NCBI GenBank assembly: GCA_965248195.1
Contig: CBDFIQ010000002.1
Span: 480,001 to 544,000, forward strand
Direction of reading: 5' to 3'
DNA from: Longimicrobiales bacterium
GTDB taxonomy: Bacteria > Gemmatimonadota > Gemmatimonadetes > Longimicrobiales > Gaopeijiaceae
Length of the DNA stretch: 64,000 nucleotides
Shown: positions 36,881 through 47,327 of the stretch, piece by piece
Layout: each line of letters opens with the position of its first letter
Position numbering within the stretch: position 1 is the first letter of the stretch
Notes under the pieces: generated by a model
What the model saw: only the letters and a program-made list of their open reading frames with translations
Database searches by the model: none
What the model was told of the DNA's origin: nothing
Program-made: the position numbers and the translations under genes

Positions 36881-39355
36881 ATGAAGACAGTCGCTGCTAG
36901 CGTCGCTGTGCTGGGAATCTGGCTCTCGGTATGGAGTCAGCCCGCCGGCGTGCATGCGGTCGGTTATGCGGCCGCGGCGACCCCTTGGTTCCAAGGCGAG
37001 GCCATCTCGCTCACGGTCGCGCCGACCGTCGAGCCGAACGAGGTCGTCGAGCTGAACGAGGTCCTGGAGCAGTACTGTGTCCGGTGCCACAGTGAACGCC
37101 GGCTGACCGGAAACCTGTCGCTCGAAGGCTTCGATGTCGAAGCTGCGCACCAGCAGGCCGAGATCGCCGAGAAGATGATCCTGAAGCTTCGGGCCGGGAT
37201 GATGCCGCCTCCGGGGCAGAGGCGCCCGTCACCGGACACCCTCTTGCAGCTCGTGGAGACCCTCGAGGCGGTGGTCGACGAAGCCGCCGCAGCCAATCCG
37301 AATCCGGGCGTTCGCAGGTTCCAGAGGCTCACTCGGGCCGAGTACTCCAGGGTGATCCGTGACCTCCTCGCGCTGGAGGTGGACGCCGGGCGCTGGCTGC
37401 CGGCCGACACGTACCTGGGCAGCTTCGACAACATGTCGGACGCCCAGGGACTCTCCGCCACCCTGATAGAGGCGTATCTGAGGGCCGCCACCGAGATTAG
37501 CCGGCTGGCCATGGGCAACCCGGGGGCGCTGTCGAACTCGACCAAGTACACGAACCCGATCGAGGTCTCGCAGCACGCGTGGGACCAAATCGAGGGCGCG
37601 CCCTTCGGAACCCGAGGCGGGATCGTCGTGACGCACGACTTCCCTTCAGACGGAGAGTACGTCTTCGAGGTCCAGACCAAACTCGGCGCGGGAACGGCGT
37701 TCGAGGACATCGATTTCGCCATCGACGGCGAGGGAGTCGCGCTTCTGGGTCTGCAGAACAACGGAGGCCCCGGCGGGCGCCGCGGAGGAGGCTTCAGCGT
37801 TCCCATCAGAACCGAGCCCATCTTCGTCCGGGCCGGTCAGCACCAGATCTCGGCGGCCTTTGTCCGGAAGATCGACGGACCCTACGAGGATCGGCACAGC
37901 CCGTTCGGTTTTTCCTTCGTCGGCGGGGAGGACTCGCAGAACTGGGCGAACTACGGGATCACGGCGTTGCCGCACCTGAGCGACCTGATGATCACCGGGC
38001 CGATCTTCGCCGCCGGCGTCTCCGAGACGGCGAGTCGCCGGAAGATCTTCCTCTGCTACCCGGATTCGGGAGGCACAGGCGAGGAGCGTTCCTGCGCAGA
38101 GTCGACTCTCTCGCGACTGGCCAGGGAAGCGTATCGGCGACCCATCACCCCCGAAGATCTCACGGGCCCGATGTCCTTCTACGATAACGCTGCCGCGGAA
38201 CAGGGCTTCGAGGTCGGCGTGCGAACGGGTATCCAGGCGATTCTCGCGAGCCCGTCGTTCATCTTCCGGCTCGAGCGTGAGCCTTCCGGCCTGCCACCCG
38301 GCGAGAGCTTTCGACTGAGCGATCTCGATCTTGCGACGCGACTGTCTTTCTTCCTGTGGGCCACGGGGCCGGACGACGAACTCCTGACGATCGCGGCCGA
38401 GGGCCGGCTGTCGGAGCCAGGCGTCCTCGAGAGACAGGTGGACCGCATGCTCGAGGATGAGCGTGCGTCAGCGCTGGCCACACGCTTCGCTTCACAGTGG
38501 CTGCGGCTGCAGGATGCCGAGAAGAACCACCCGGAGCCGTTCCTCTATCCAGACTTCACCGCTCAGCTCAGCGCCGACCTGGTGCGGGAGACGGAGCTGC
38601 TCTTCGAGCATCTCGTACGGGAGGACCGGAGTCTACTCGAGCTTTTCACCGCGGACTACACCTTCATCAACGATCGACTGGCCCGTCATTACGGAATCAC
38701 CGGCGTGTCGGGTAGCGAGTTCCGACGCGTCCAGTACCTGCCTGACACCCGGAGCGGCGTGCTGGGTCACGGGAGCGTCCTGCTGCTGACGTCCATGTCG
38801 GCACGGACGTCACCCGTGCTACGCGGGAAGTGGGTGATGGAAGTGCTGATGGGCACACCCCCGCCGCCACCACCGCCCAACATACCGGCGTTCGAAGAGA
38901 CCGAGGCCTTTGCGGACGGACGGCGTCTGACGACGCACGAGCGGATGGAGCAGCACCGGACCAATCCGACGTGCAACTCGTGTCACCGCTTCATGGACCC
39001 CATCGGCCTGGCGCTCGACAGCTACGACGTGACCGGCAGGTTTCGATTCCGGGAGAACGGCATGCCGCTCGACACGCACGGCACCTTCTATGACGGTACC
39101 GACGTGAGCTCCCCGAGCGATCTCACGGAGGTGCTCTTGAAGCGGCCGATCCCGTTGGTGAGGAACTTCACGGCGAATCTGCTCTCCTACGCCATGGGCA
39201 GGCGGGCCGAATACTACGACCAACCGGCGATCCGGGCGATCGGCCGGGAGGCCGAGGCGAACGACTATCGGATGTCCTCGTTCATCCTGGGGGTCGTGCA
39301 GAGCGACCCGTTCCAGATGATGCAAGCTCGAGCGGTAGCAGAGACCGAACCCTAG
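36881..39355 (+). CDS. DUF1592/DUF1588-type (PSD/cytochrome c) multidomain protein
   Basis: YCVRCH, GMMPP, RLTRAEY, FDN, LATRLSFFLW, F..QWL.L, TSPVLRGKWV, CNSCHRFMDPIG. Confidence 0.9.
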   Translation: MKTVAASVAVLGIWLSVWSQPAGVHAVGYAAAATPWFQGEAISLTVAPTVEPNEVVELNEVLEQYCVRCHSERRLTGNLSLEGFDVEAAHQQAEIAEKMILKLRAGMMPPPGQRRPSPDTLLQLVETLEAVVDEAAAANPNPGVRRFQRLTRAEYSRVIRDLLALEVDAGRWLPADTYLGSFDNMSDAQGLSATLIEAYLRAATEISRLAMGNPGALSNSTKYTNPIEVSQHAWDQIEGAPFGTRGGIVVTHDFPSDGEYVFEVQTKLGAGTAFEDIDFAIDGEGVALLGLQNNGGPGGRRGGGFSVPIRTEPIFVRAGQHQISAAFVRKIDGPYEDRHSPFGFSFVGGEDSQNWANYGITALPHLSDLMITGPIFAAGVSETASRRKIFLCYPDSGGTGEERSCAESTLSRLAREAYRRPITPEDLTGPMSFYDNAAAEQGFEVGVRTGIQAILASPSFIFRLEREPSGLPPGESFRLSDLDLATRLSFFLWATGPDDELLTIAAEGRLSEPGVLERQVDRMLEDERASALATRFASQWLRLQDAEKNHPEPFLYPDFTAQLSADLVRETELLFEHLVREDRSLLELFTADYTFINDRLARHYGITGVSGSEFRRVQYLPDTRSGVLGHGSVLLLTSMSARTSPVLRGKWVMEVLMGTPPPPPPPNIPAFEETEAFADGRRLTTHERMEQHRTNPTCNSCHRFMDPIGLALDSYDVTGRFRFRENGMPLDTHGTFYDGTDVSSPSDLTEVLLKRPIPLVRNFTANLLSYAMGRRAEYYDQPAIRAIGREAEANDYRMSSFILGVVQSDPFQMMQARAVAETEP

Positions 39356-39371
39356 CAAGGATTGTAGAACC

Positions 39372-40799
39372 ATGGAGTTCATCACAGGGAGACACCTTCC
39401 TCGCAGGACGTTCATCCGCGGTGCGGGTGCGGCGATCGCGTCGCCGTTCCTGGACGCGATGGTGCCCGCCGGGCGACCCTGGCGCGACCCGACGCGGCAG
39501 GTCGGTTCCACGCGCCTGGTGTGCATCGAGGAGTCCATGGGCTCGGCCGGCTCGAACGATTGGGGAGATACTCAGCACCTGTTCGCGCCCGCTCAGGTCG
39601 GTCGGGATTTTGATTTTTCGCCGACGAATCAGCTGGCGCAGCTGGAGGAGTTCCGGGAGTACCTGACCATCATCAGCGACACGGACTGCCGCATGGCCGA
39701 GGCCTACAGGGCCGAGGAGATCGGTGGCGACCACGACCGGTCGACGGCCGTGTTCCTGACGCAGTCCCATCCCAAGCAGACACAGGGTTCGGACCTCTTT
39801 CTGGGGACCTCGATCGATCAGCTGCATGCACGCCGCTTCGGGAGAGACACCGCGCTGCCCTCGTTGGAGCTCTCTATCGAGGGGATCGACCGTGGAGGCG
39901 GCTGCGCCTACAACTACCACTGCGCGTACACGACCTCGCTCTCGTGGGCCTCGCCCAACCAGCCGCTTCCCGCCATCCGAGAGCCGCGGGTGGTCTTCGA
40001 GCGGCTCTTCGGGGCGGGGGACACGTCTGAAGACCGGGCAGCCCGACGGCGGACGGATCGGAGCATTATCGACTGGATCGCGAGCGAGGTCGTGCGCTTG
40101 CGACGCGAGCTCGGGGCCGTGGATCGCGTGGCCCTGGACGAGTATGTCACGCACATCCGAGAGATCGAGCGCCGAATCGAGCTCGTCGAAGCGCGCAACG
40201 CCAGTGGTGAGGAGAGGGAGATGCCCGAGGCGCCCTCCGGCGTTCCCGACGACTGGGAAGAGCACATGAGGCTGATGTTCGACCTCCAGGTGCTCGCGCT
40301 GCAATCCGACTTGACGCGTGTGATCACCTTCAAGACGGGCTTCGATCAGTCGAACAGGAGCCATCCGGAGAGCGGCACGAACAAAAGCTTCCACGGGGCG
40401 TCGCACCACGGCAACGTTCCCGAGGACGTCCTGGACTATAACAAGATCAACACGTACCGCACGAGCCAGCTCGGCTACTTCCTCGCCAAGATGCGAGACA
40501 CCATGGATGGGGAGGCCTCTCTGCTGGACAAGACCGCGATCGTGTGGGGCTCCCCCATGGGCGATCCGAACCTCCACAACCACCGTCGTTGCCCGCTCCT
40601 TCTGATGGGTCACGCCAACGGAGCCCTCGAGGGTGGCCTTCATCTGAGGACCCCGCGGGGCACGCCGATGGCGAACGTGTTTGTGAGCCTGATGCAGGGC
40701 CTCGGGCACGACGAAATGGAGAGCTTCGGCGACAGCACGGGGGCCTTCGACCTGAGCTTCCCGGGCGGTGTCATATCCGGCGGCGGGAGCGGCGCGTGA
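39372..40799 (+). CDS. DUF1552 domain protein
   Basis: LPRRTFIRGAG..I.PFLDAM, SIDQ, PSLEL, P.VVFERLFG, DLTRVITF, FHGASHH, LLDKT. Confidence 0.9.
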   Translation: MEFITGRHLPRRTFIRGAGAAIASPFLDAMVPAGRPWRDPTRQVGSTRLVCIEESMGSAGSNDWGDTQHLFAPAQVGRDFDFSPTNQLAQLEEFREYLTIISDTDCRMAEAYRAEEIGGDHDRSTAVFLTQSHPKQTQGSDLFLGTSIDQLHARRFGRDTALPSLELSIEGIDRGGGCAYNYHCAYTTSLSWASPNQPLPAIREPRVVFERLFGAGDTSEDRAARRRTDRSIIDWIASEVVRLRRELGAVDRVALDEYVTHIREIERRIELVEARNASGEEREMPEAPSGVPDDWEEHMRLMFDLQVLALQSDLTRVITFKTGFDQSNRSHPESGTNKSFHGASHHGNVPEDVLDYNKINTYRTSQLGYFLAKMRDTMDGEASLLDKTAIVWGSPMGDPNLHNHRRCPLLLMGHANGALEGGLHLRTPRGTPMANVFVSLMQGLGHDEMESFGDSTGAFDLSFPGGVISGGGSGA

Positions 40800-42712
40800 A
40801 GAACGTGAAATCGATGGGTGCCTTGGGCTTGGCGGCTGTGCTCTGTGCCGCGGCGCTCCAAACGGACGGGCCGCTCATCGACGCGGCGAGGAACGGTGAC
40901 GTAGAGGCCGTACGGTCACTGTTGGCCGAAGGCGCCGACGTGAATGCGACACCGGGCGATGGCATGACCGCGCTGCATTGGGCCGCGGAGCGCAGCCACG
41001 CCGCGGTCGTGGATCTGCTCCTGTCCGCGGGCGCCAGCGTGGAGGCCAAGACCCGAATCGGCGGCTACACGCCGCTTCACCTGGCCAGCCGCAGCGGCAA
41101 CGGCACAATCGTGAGTGCGCTTCTCGATGCGGGCGCCGATCCCCATGCGACCACCACGCACAGCAGCGTAACCCCGCTTCACCTCGCGGCCGCCGCCTTC
41201 GACGGCGCGGAGGCCGTCACCGCGCTCCTGAGGCGCGACGCCGAGGTGGACGCTCGTGAGGCGTCGTCTGGCCAGACCCCGTTGATGTTCGCTGCCGCGT
41301 ACAATCGCACCGAGGCGGCCGTGGCGCTGCTCGAACACGGCGCCGACCCCGCGATCCGAACCGAGACCATCGACGTGCTCCGGAGCATGGCCGTCGATCG
41401 GGAGGCCGCCCAAATCCTCGGCGACGCGATCGACGATTTTCGTGAAGCCGACGCAGCCGGAGCTAGCTGGGAGCCCAGCTCGGCCCAGGTTCAAGCGGCT
41501 ATCATGGCCCAGCGTGACTTTTTGTTATCCGGCTACGATCCGGGACCGGTCGACGGAGAGTCGTTGGCGAGGGTCAACTCCGAATATCCCGGGGGACCCG
41601 AGATTGTTCACCCCCCCTACCGTGAGGTACTCGTCGGCAAGACGGGCGGCATGTCCGCACTCTTGCATGCTGCCCGGGAGGGTCACGTAGAGGCGGCGCT
41701 CGCCCTCCTCGACGGGGGTGCTGACATCGATCAGGTCAGCGCCGACAATACCAGCCCGCTTCTGATGACTACGCTGAACGGCCAGTTCGACTTGGCGATG
41801 CTTCTGGTGGCGCGTGGCGCGGATCCGAACCTGGCGACTTCCACCGAAGGATCGGCGCCCCTCTTCGCCACGCTCGAGACCCAGTGGGCTCCCCAGTCCA
41901 ACTATCCGCAGCCCCGCGCGCACGACGATCAGAGCGCGGAGTACATGGATGTGTTGAGGGTGCTCCTGGAGGCGGGGGCCGACCCCGACATGCGCCTCAA
42001 CACGCATCTGTGGTACTGGGAGTTCGGCCTCACGAAGATCGGGCTCGACCTCACCGGCGCGACGCCATTCTGGCGGGCCGCCATCGCCCAGGACATCCCA
42101 GCGATGCGGCTGCTCGCCTCCCACGGTGCCGATCCGAACATCCCGACGCGGTGGCCGGCCATAGGAATGCGGGAGCGCCGCCAGCAGGACGGGCGGCAGC
42201 AGGAGGACTCCGGGTTACCGTCGGTCCCTGAAGGCGTGGAGAACGCCTACCCGATCCATGCCGCCACAGGTGGGGGGTACCTCGGGCTCGGGGCCTTCAG
42301 CATGCGCAACGCGCCCGATCAGTTCCTGCCCGCGGTCCGGTACCTGATCGAAGAGCAGGGTGCCGACGTGAACATGCTCGACTCGTGGCTCTACACCCCG
42401 CTCCACTATGCGGCGTCGCGTGGGGACAACGAGATGATCGAGTATCTGGTGTCCCAGGGCGCGGACGTCGAGGCGGTCACGCGTCTCGGGCAGTCTACTG
42501 CCGACATGGCCCGCGGTGGGCGCGCCGGCTTCTTCACGCGGGTGGCCTACCCGGAGACGGTCGAGCTGCTGCAGAGCCTGGGCTCGACGCTGGAGTGCCT
42601 GAACACGCACTTCCTCGACACCGGGGACTTCTGTGTGGGGGCCGGAGTGGAAGACCCCTGGCAGCCCGGGGCGGATGGGCATCGGCCGGGCATTCGAAGA
42701 GGGGGGAATTGA
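40796..42712 (+). CDS. ankyrin-repeat protein, exported
   Basis: GTG overlaps the DUF1552 stop; many GMTALHWAA/GYTPLHLA/GQTPLMFAA..GAD repeats. Confidence 0.9.
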   Translation: MKNVKSMGALGLAAVLCAAALQTDGPLIDAARNGDVEAVRSLLAEGADVNATPGDGMTALHWAAERSHAAVVDLLLSAGASVEAKTRIGGYTPLHLASRSGNGTIVSALLDAGADPHATTTHSSVTPLHLAAAAFDGAEAVTALLRRDAEVDAREASSGQTPLMFAAAYNRTEAAVALLEHGADPAIRTETIDVLRSMAVDREAAQILGDAIDDFREADAAGASWEPSSAQVQAAIMAQRDFLLSGYDPGPVDGESLARVNSEYPGGPEIVHPPYREVLVGKTGGMSALLHAAREGHVEAALALLDGGADIDQVSADNTSPLLMTTLNGQFDLAMLLVARGADPNLATSTEGSAPLFATLETQWAPQSNYPQPRAHDDQSAEYMDVLRVLLEAGADPDMRLNTHLWYWEFGLTKIGLDLTGATPFWRAAIAQDIPAMRLLASHGADPNIPTRWPAIGMRERRQQDGRQQEDSGLPSVPEGVENAYPIHAATGGGYLGLGAFSMRNAPDQFLPAVRYLIEEQGADVNMLDSWLYTPLHYAASRGDNEMIEYLVSQGADVEAVTRLGQSTADMARGGRAGFFTRVAYPETVELLQSLGSTLECLNTHFLDTGDFCVGAGVEDPWQPGADGHRPGIRRGGN

Positions 42713-42842
42713 CGGTGGGTGGGTGGACAAGTTCGTGCCTAAGCCGGGGGCGGATCCGAGCAAGCTGATCGGCCCTCGGGCGTTGCTCCATTCTTGAAGG
42801 GGCAACACCGCGTTTCCCATTTGCATGAGTCTGAGAGCCCCC

Positions 42843-44549
42843 ATGAAACTTCATACCCTCGCTGCGTCGCCCGTTATCAGCTTGTTAGTCTCGTTTTCGA
42901 TCGTCTCAAGTGTACGAGCGCAGTGTGACACGCGGGGTGAAGGCTCCGAGAGGGTTTCGGGGATAGTTTTTGATGACCTCGATCAAGACGGACAGCACGG
43001 TGCCAGGGAGTCTGGTGTGGGGAGTGTCAGTGTCAGCAATGGCTGTGAAGTTGTTCTAACTGACTCGGACGGCCTTTACGAAATAAACCTGGCGCCAGGA
43101 CAAATACTGTTTGTCTCTCAACCATCTGGGTACGTAGTACCCGTTGACGAAAACAACCTACCTCTGTTTTTCTACCGTCACTATCCAGATGGTACTCCCA
43201 CGGCAATTTCCGGCACGTCAGTCGAATGGTTGTGGCCGGTTATAGAACCCACAGGCCCGCTTCCCGCCCGCATCGATTTTCCCCTGCATGAGCTCAGTTC
43301 GCAAGAAATCCGGTTTACGGCGCACGCTTTTGCAGATCCACAGGCTCGAAGTGATCTCGGCGAAGACATGTTGCGCGAGGATCTGGTGAATACACTGCTG
43401 GGCAATCCCTACCAGGCAGAGTTTTCGATCACCGTAGGTGACGTGGTCTATGATAATCTCGGCCTTTACGATCGCCACAAAGAAATGATTGGCTTGATCG
43501 GAATACCGCAGTGGAATCTGCCAGGCAATCATGACATGAATTTCGAGTCTCCTAATGCGCACTATGCCAACGAAACCTTCAAGAAGCACTTTGGCCCAAC
43601 CTATTTTTCGTTCAATTATGGAAACGCACATGTTGTTGCTCTGAACAACGTTGAATACGCGGGCGCAGGACAACGCAACTCCGCCAACGGGACTTATCGT
43701 GGGTTTATTTCAGACGACCAGCTGCTTTGGCTCGAGCGAGATCTCGCCAATGTCCCTGAAGACAAGCTCATCGTTATTGCCACTCACATTTCACTGATCA
43801 GCGAAGCTTCCGATGGCAATCCATCTCATGAAATAACTGGCCCCCATACCGATAACTTCGACCAACTGCTAGAACTCCTTCTTCCGTTCAACAACATCTA
43901 TGGCCTTGCAGGACACGATACCAGCAATAGCTGGAAGGTGGAGATCAACCATGAGCATGGCTGGACTGGTCAGCCATGGATAGCCCATACCCTGGCCGAA
44001 GTCCGCGGCAGCGGTTGGACCAGAGGCCCGAAGGATTTACGCGGCGTGGCGGACGCTACAATGGAGGACGGCAACCCCAACGGTTTTTATCTGTTGAAAT
44101 TTGATGACGTAACATTAGTCCCGGAGTTCATTCCATTTCCGTATGGGAGAGACGCAGCGCAGCGTTTGCGCATCGTGCTGGATCCAGAACTCGTCCATCC
44201 CGCCGATAACAGTATCAATCGAGGGATACTACGAACCAATACCAAAGTGGTCGTCAATCTCTTCGACGGGGGTGAGCGCGACAGCGTAAGATTGTCTCTT
44301 GACGGTGGCCCGCTGACACCGATGCGTTATGTGGTGCGAACCGACCCCTTCATGGAAAAAGCCTACCGGCAGCTTGCTGACACTCGCGACGCGTTTCCAA
44401 CGCCGGCAGCCTCAACACACATCTGGGAATTCGACTTGCCTGAAAACCTCGAACCTGGAATCCATCGTGTGGTGGTGGAAAGCGAGGATGAATTTGAGCA
44501 GCAACAACGCGGTGTTCTTTCGTTTGAGGTCACTCAAGCGGCACGGTGA
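42843..44549 (+). CDS. calcineurin-like metallophosphoesterase with N-/C-terminal accessory domains
   Basis: VSGIVFDD...VSVSNG, ADPQ, GDVVYD, PGNHD, ATH, AGH, DGNPNGF. Confidence 0.88.
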   Translation: MKLHTLAASPVISLLVSFSIVSSVRAQCDTRGEGSERVSGIVFDDLDQDGQHGARESGVGSVSVSNGCEVVLTDSDGLYEINLAPGQILFVSQPSGYVVPVDENNLPLFFYRHYPDGTPTAISGTSVEWLWPVIEPTGPLPARIDFPLHELSSQEIRFTAHAFADPQARSDLGEDMLREDLVNTLLGNPYQAEFSITVGDVVYDNLGLYDRHKEMIGLIGIPQWNLPGNHDMNFESPNAHYANETFKKHFGPTYFSFNYGNAHVVALNNVEYAGAGQRNSANGTYRGFISDDQLLWLERDLANVPEDKLIVIATHISLISEASDGNPSHEITGPHTDNFDQLLELLLPFNNIYGLAGHDTSNSWKVEINHEHGWTGQPWIAHTLAEVRGSGWTRGPKDLRGVADATMEDGNPNGFYLLKFDDVTLVPEFIPFPYGRDAAQRLRIVLDPELVHPADNSINRGILRTNTKVVVNLFDGGERDSVRLSLDGGPLTPMRYVVRTDPFMEKAYRQLADTRDAFPTPAASTHIWEFDLPENLEPGIHRVVVESEDEFEQQQRGVLSFEVTQAAR

Positions 44550-44586
44550 CTGAGGGTCCAAGGGCCTTCGAAATCCCCACCTCCGC

Positions 44587-45057
44587 TCACTCGACCCGAC
44601 GGTACGTGAAGGTCGTGGTGACAGTACCGGCTGCGTTTGTTCCACTAGTCACCAGGGTGTTTCCGTCGATCCTGAATTCCCGTGAATAGGTGGAGTTTTG
44701 AGGCAACATGCCGTTTGCGGACTTCGCCACCACTATGTGGTAGGTAATCGTCGATCCGCTCAGTTCGTAGGTACCGGCCTGGGCAGTGAGTGGCCCCCAA
44801 GCGGCAACCAAGTCCGCATCTGTCGGATTCTGGGGGATGAGGGGCCGACCCTCCGTGCCGTTCACGAACAAGAGGGAGTAGTGGTCCTGGGTGTAGAACA
44901 GGAGCCTCGGCTGTACATCGGACCCTGAAATCGTGCCCGCATTTTGACCACCCTCGACAACCATTCTCGTCCCTCGCCATACCCCTTCTAGAGACTGGGC
45001 AGAAGCCAGCATTGGGGTCGCGAGCAACACCCCCAAAACGATCACTGAGCGCAGCAT
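44587..45057 (-). CDS. lipocalin-like exported protein
   Basis: GGAGG RBS; signal peptide; SLEGVW, AQAGTYE..G.T.T, TFTYRRV. Confidence 0.78.
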   Translation of the reverse strand: MLRSVIVLGVLLATPMLASAQSLEGVWRGTRMVVEGGQNAGTISGSDVQPRLLFYTQDHYSLLFVNGTEGRPLIPQNPTDADLVAAWGPLTAQAGTYELSGSTITYHIVVAKSANGMLPQNSTYSREFRIDGNTLVTSGTNAAGTVTTTFTYRRVE

Positions 45058-45270
45058 GGAGCACCTCCTCAGATCGGTGATCGTGCCGTTCGCCTTACGA
45101 ACGGCGTTCGGCAACATTTCCAGCTCGACTGAGAACCGCAAGGGAGCCGTCCCAGAGCAGCCGCTGCCCGGGAAGTTCAACACCCCGCCCGGCACCTGAT
45201 GTCGGCTGCCTCCTGTCGCGATGCGACCCAGGACGTGGTATGATTGCCGACCACATCAGGGGAGGCTCGC

Positions 45271-47250
45271 ATGGGCACACGTTCGTGGCCGCGACGTCTC
45301 GCGGTGGGTGCGCTGGCACTGGTCTGGGTGACCTTTGCTCGGTCCCCGTCCGCCGAGGCGCAGTCGTCCAGGCCGGCAGGCGAGTGGCACGCCACCGGGG
45401 GCGATCACACCAACACCAAGTACTCGCCGCTCGACCAGATCACGGCGGACAACTTCATGGATCTGGAGATCGCGTGGCGCTGGACGTCGATCTCGACCGA
45501 CGTCACCGAACGGAACGAGTCGATCATCCCTCCCAACGGGTTCAAGACGACGCCGTTGATGGCGGGCGGACTCATATATCTCAGCACGTCACTCGGCCAG
45601 GTAGCGGCGCTGGACGCCGGCAGCGGCGAGCTGGTCTGGTCGTACGATCCCCGTGCCTACGAGAGGATGGGGCGGCCGGCCAGCATGGGGTGGCAGCACC
45701 GTGGCGTGTCCTATTGGGAGGATGACGAGAGCGACGACGCCCGCATCTTCATCGCGCTGCAAGACCTGCGTCTGGTCGCGCTGAATGCTCGCACGGGCGC
45801 GCTTTATCCAGACTTCGGCCACGGTGGTTTCGTCGATCTCAGCCTCAGCCTCGGGCGCGAGATCAATCCGGTGCGGGTGACGCACACGTCGCCCGTCGCG
45901 ATCGCCCGCGACGTCGTGGTCGTGGGCAGCATCGTGCAGGATACCGAGCTGAGGCTCCGGGAGGCATCACCGGGACATGTGCGCGGGTTCGATGCGCGCA
46001 CCGGCGAGATGAGGTGGATCTTCCACACCATCCCACAGGGGGACGAGCTCGCGGTCGAGACCTGGGAGAACGAGTCGTGGCGGTACAGCGGTCACACGAA
46101 CGTCTGGGGGACGATGGCGGTCGACGACGAGCTGGGCATGGTCTACCTGCCGACAGGCACCCCGACCAACGACTATTACGGCGGAATGCGTCCGGGGAAT
46201 AACCTGTTCGCCGAGAGTATCATTGCCGTCGATGTCGAGACCGGAGAACGGGTCTGGCACTTCCAGGCGGTACATCACGGGCTTTGGGACTACGACTTCC
46301 CGACCGCAGGCAACCTGCTCGACATCACGGTCGACGGACGCGAGATCAAGGCGATCGCCCAGACGAGCAAGCAGGCCTTCGTCTATGTGCTCGACAGGGT
46401 GACCGGGGAGCCGGTCTGGCCGATCGAGGAGAGACCCGTTCCGCAGGGTGACGTGCCGGGCGAGTGGTACTCGCCCACGCAGCCGTTCCCGACCAAGCCG
46501 GCTCCGTTCGATCTGCAGGGGGTGACGGGGGACGACGTGATCGATTTCACGCCCGAGCTTCGCGCCGAGGCGCTCGAGATCATCGCAGAAAACGCACGCT
46601 TCGGGCCGCTCTTCGAGCCACCAGCGGTGGCCGGCACCAGACTGCCGGTCATCCAAGCTCCGGGGACCGGCGGCGGCATCAACTGGCCGGGCTCCGCCGT
46701 CGATCCGGAGACTGGACGGCTCTTCATCCCATCTCAGACCCGGCTACGGACCGTCGAGCTGATTCCGTACGAGGCGCCCGCCACGGTAGGGTACTTTACG
46801 GATCCCTGGGCAAGACCCATTCCGGGCCCCCGGGGGCTGCCGATCGTCAAGCCGCCGTACAAGAGGATAACGGCCATCGATCTGAACACCGGTGACCACC
46901 TCTGGATGAGCGCGCATGGCGATGGTCCCAGGAACCACCCGGCTCTCCAACATCTCAACCTGCCGGCACTCGGGGGGGGGAACGGGATGGCCGGCGGTGG
47001 ACCCCTGGTCACCAAGACGCTGCTGATGGTCAACTCCGGCGGGCGTGACGTAGCGAGCATGGAGGAGGTCGCTTCTACGATCACCGCCTACGACAAGGAC
47101 ACCGGGGAATATCTCGGGTCGGTGGAGCTCCCGTCGACACCGTGGGGCAATCCGATCACCTATCTCCACGATGGCAAGCAGCACATCCTGGTGGCTGTTG
47201 GTGGCCGTCCCGGCACCGTGGCGGAGCTGATCGCGTTGGCACTTCCGTAG
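45271..47250 (+). CDS. PQQ-dependent dehydrogenase (glucose/quinate-type, soluble)
   Basis: YSPLDQIT, RGVSYW, PGHVRGFD, HHGLWDYD, SPTQPFP, GGINWPG, KPPY. Confidence 0.9.
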   Translation: MGTRSWPRRLAVGALALVWVTFARSPSAEAQSSRPAGEWHATGGDHTNTKYSPLDQITADNFMDLEIAWRWTSISTDVTERNESIIPPNGFKTTPLMAGGLIYLSTSLGQVAALDAGSGELVWSYDPRAYERMGRPASMGWQHRGVSYWEDDESDDARIFIALQDLRLVALNARTGALYPDFGHGGFVDLSLSLGREINPVRVTHTSPVAIARDVVVVGSIVQDTELRLREASPGHVRGFDARTGEMRWIFHTIPQGDELAVETWENESWRYSGHTNVWGTMAVDDELGMVYLPTGTPTNDYYGGMRPGNNLFAESIIAVDVETGERVWHFQAVHHGLWDYDFPTAGNLLDITVDGREIKAIAQTSKQAFVYVLDRVTGEPVWPIEERPVPQGDVPGEWYSPTQPFPTKPAPFDLQGVTGDDVIDFTPELRAEALEIIAENARFGPLFEPPAVAGTRLPVIQAPGTGGGINWPGSAVDPETGRLFIPSQTRLRTVELIPYEAPATVGYFTDPWARPIPGPRGLPIVKPPYKRITAIDLNTGDHLWMSAHGDGPRNHPALQHLNLPALGGGNGMAGGGPLVTKTLLMVNSGGRDVASMEEVASTITAYDKDTGEYLGSVELPSTPWGNPITYLHDGKQHILVAVGGRPGTVAELIALALP

Positions 47251-47288
47251 CCCGCTGAGGGATTTTCTTCGAAGAATCGACGAGGGGG

Positions 47289-47327
47289 TTGACAACGGCG
47301 CTCACTTCATACAGACTGGTCGGTATG
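47289..47327 (+). promoter_or_regulatory. tetR promoter with overlapping palindromic operator
   Basis: TTGACA (47289)-17 nt-CAGACT; imperfect palindrome CATACAGACTGGTCGGTATG (47308-47327) covers the -10 and the ATG. Confidence 0.7.
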
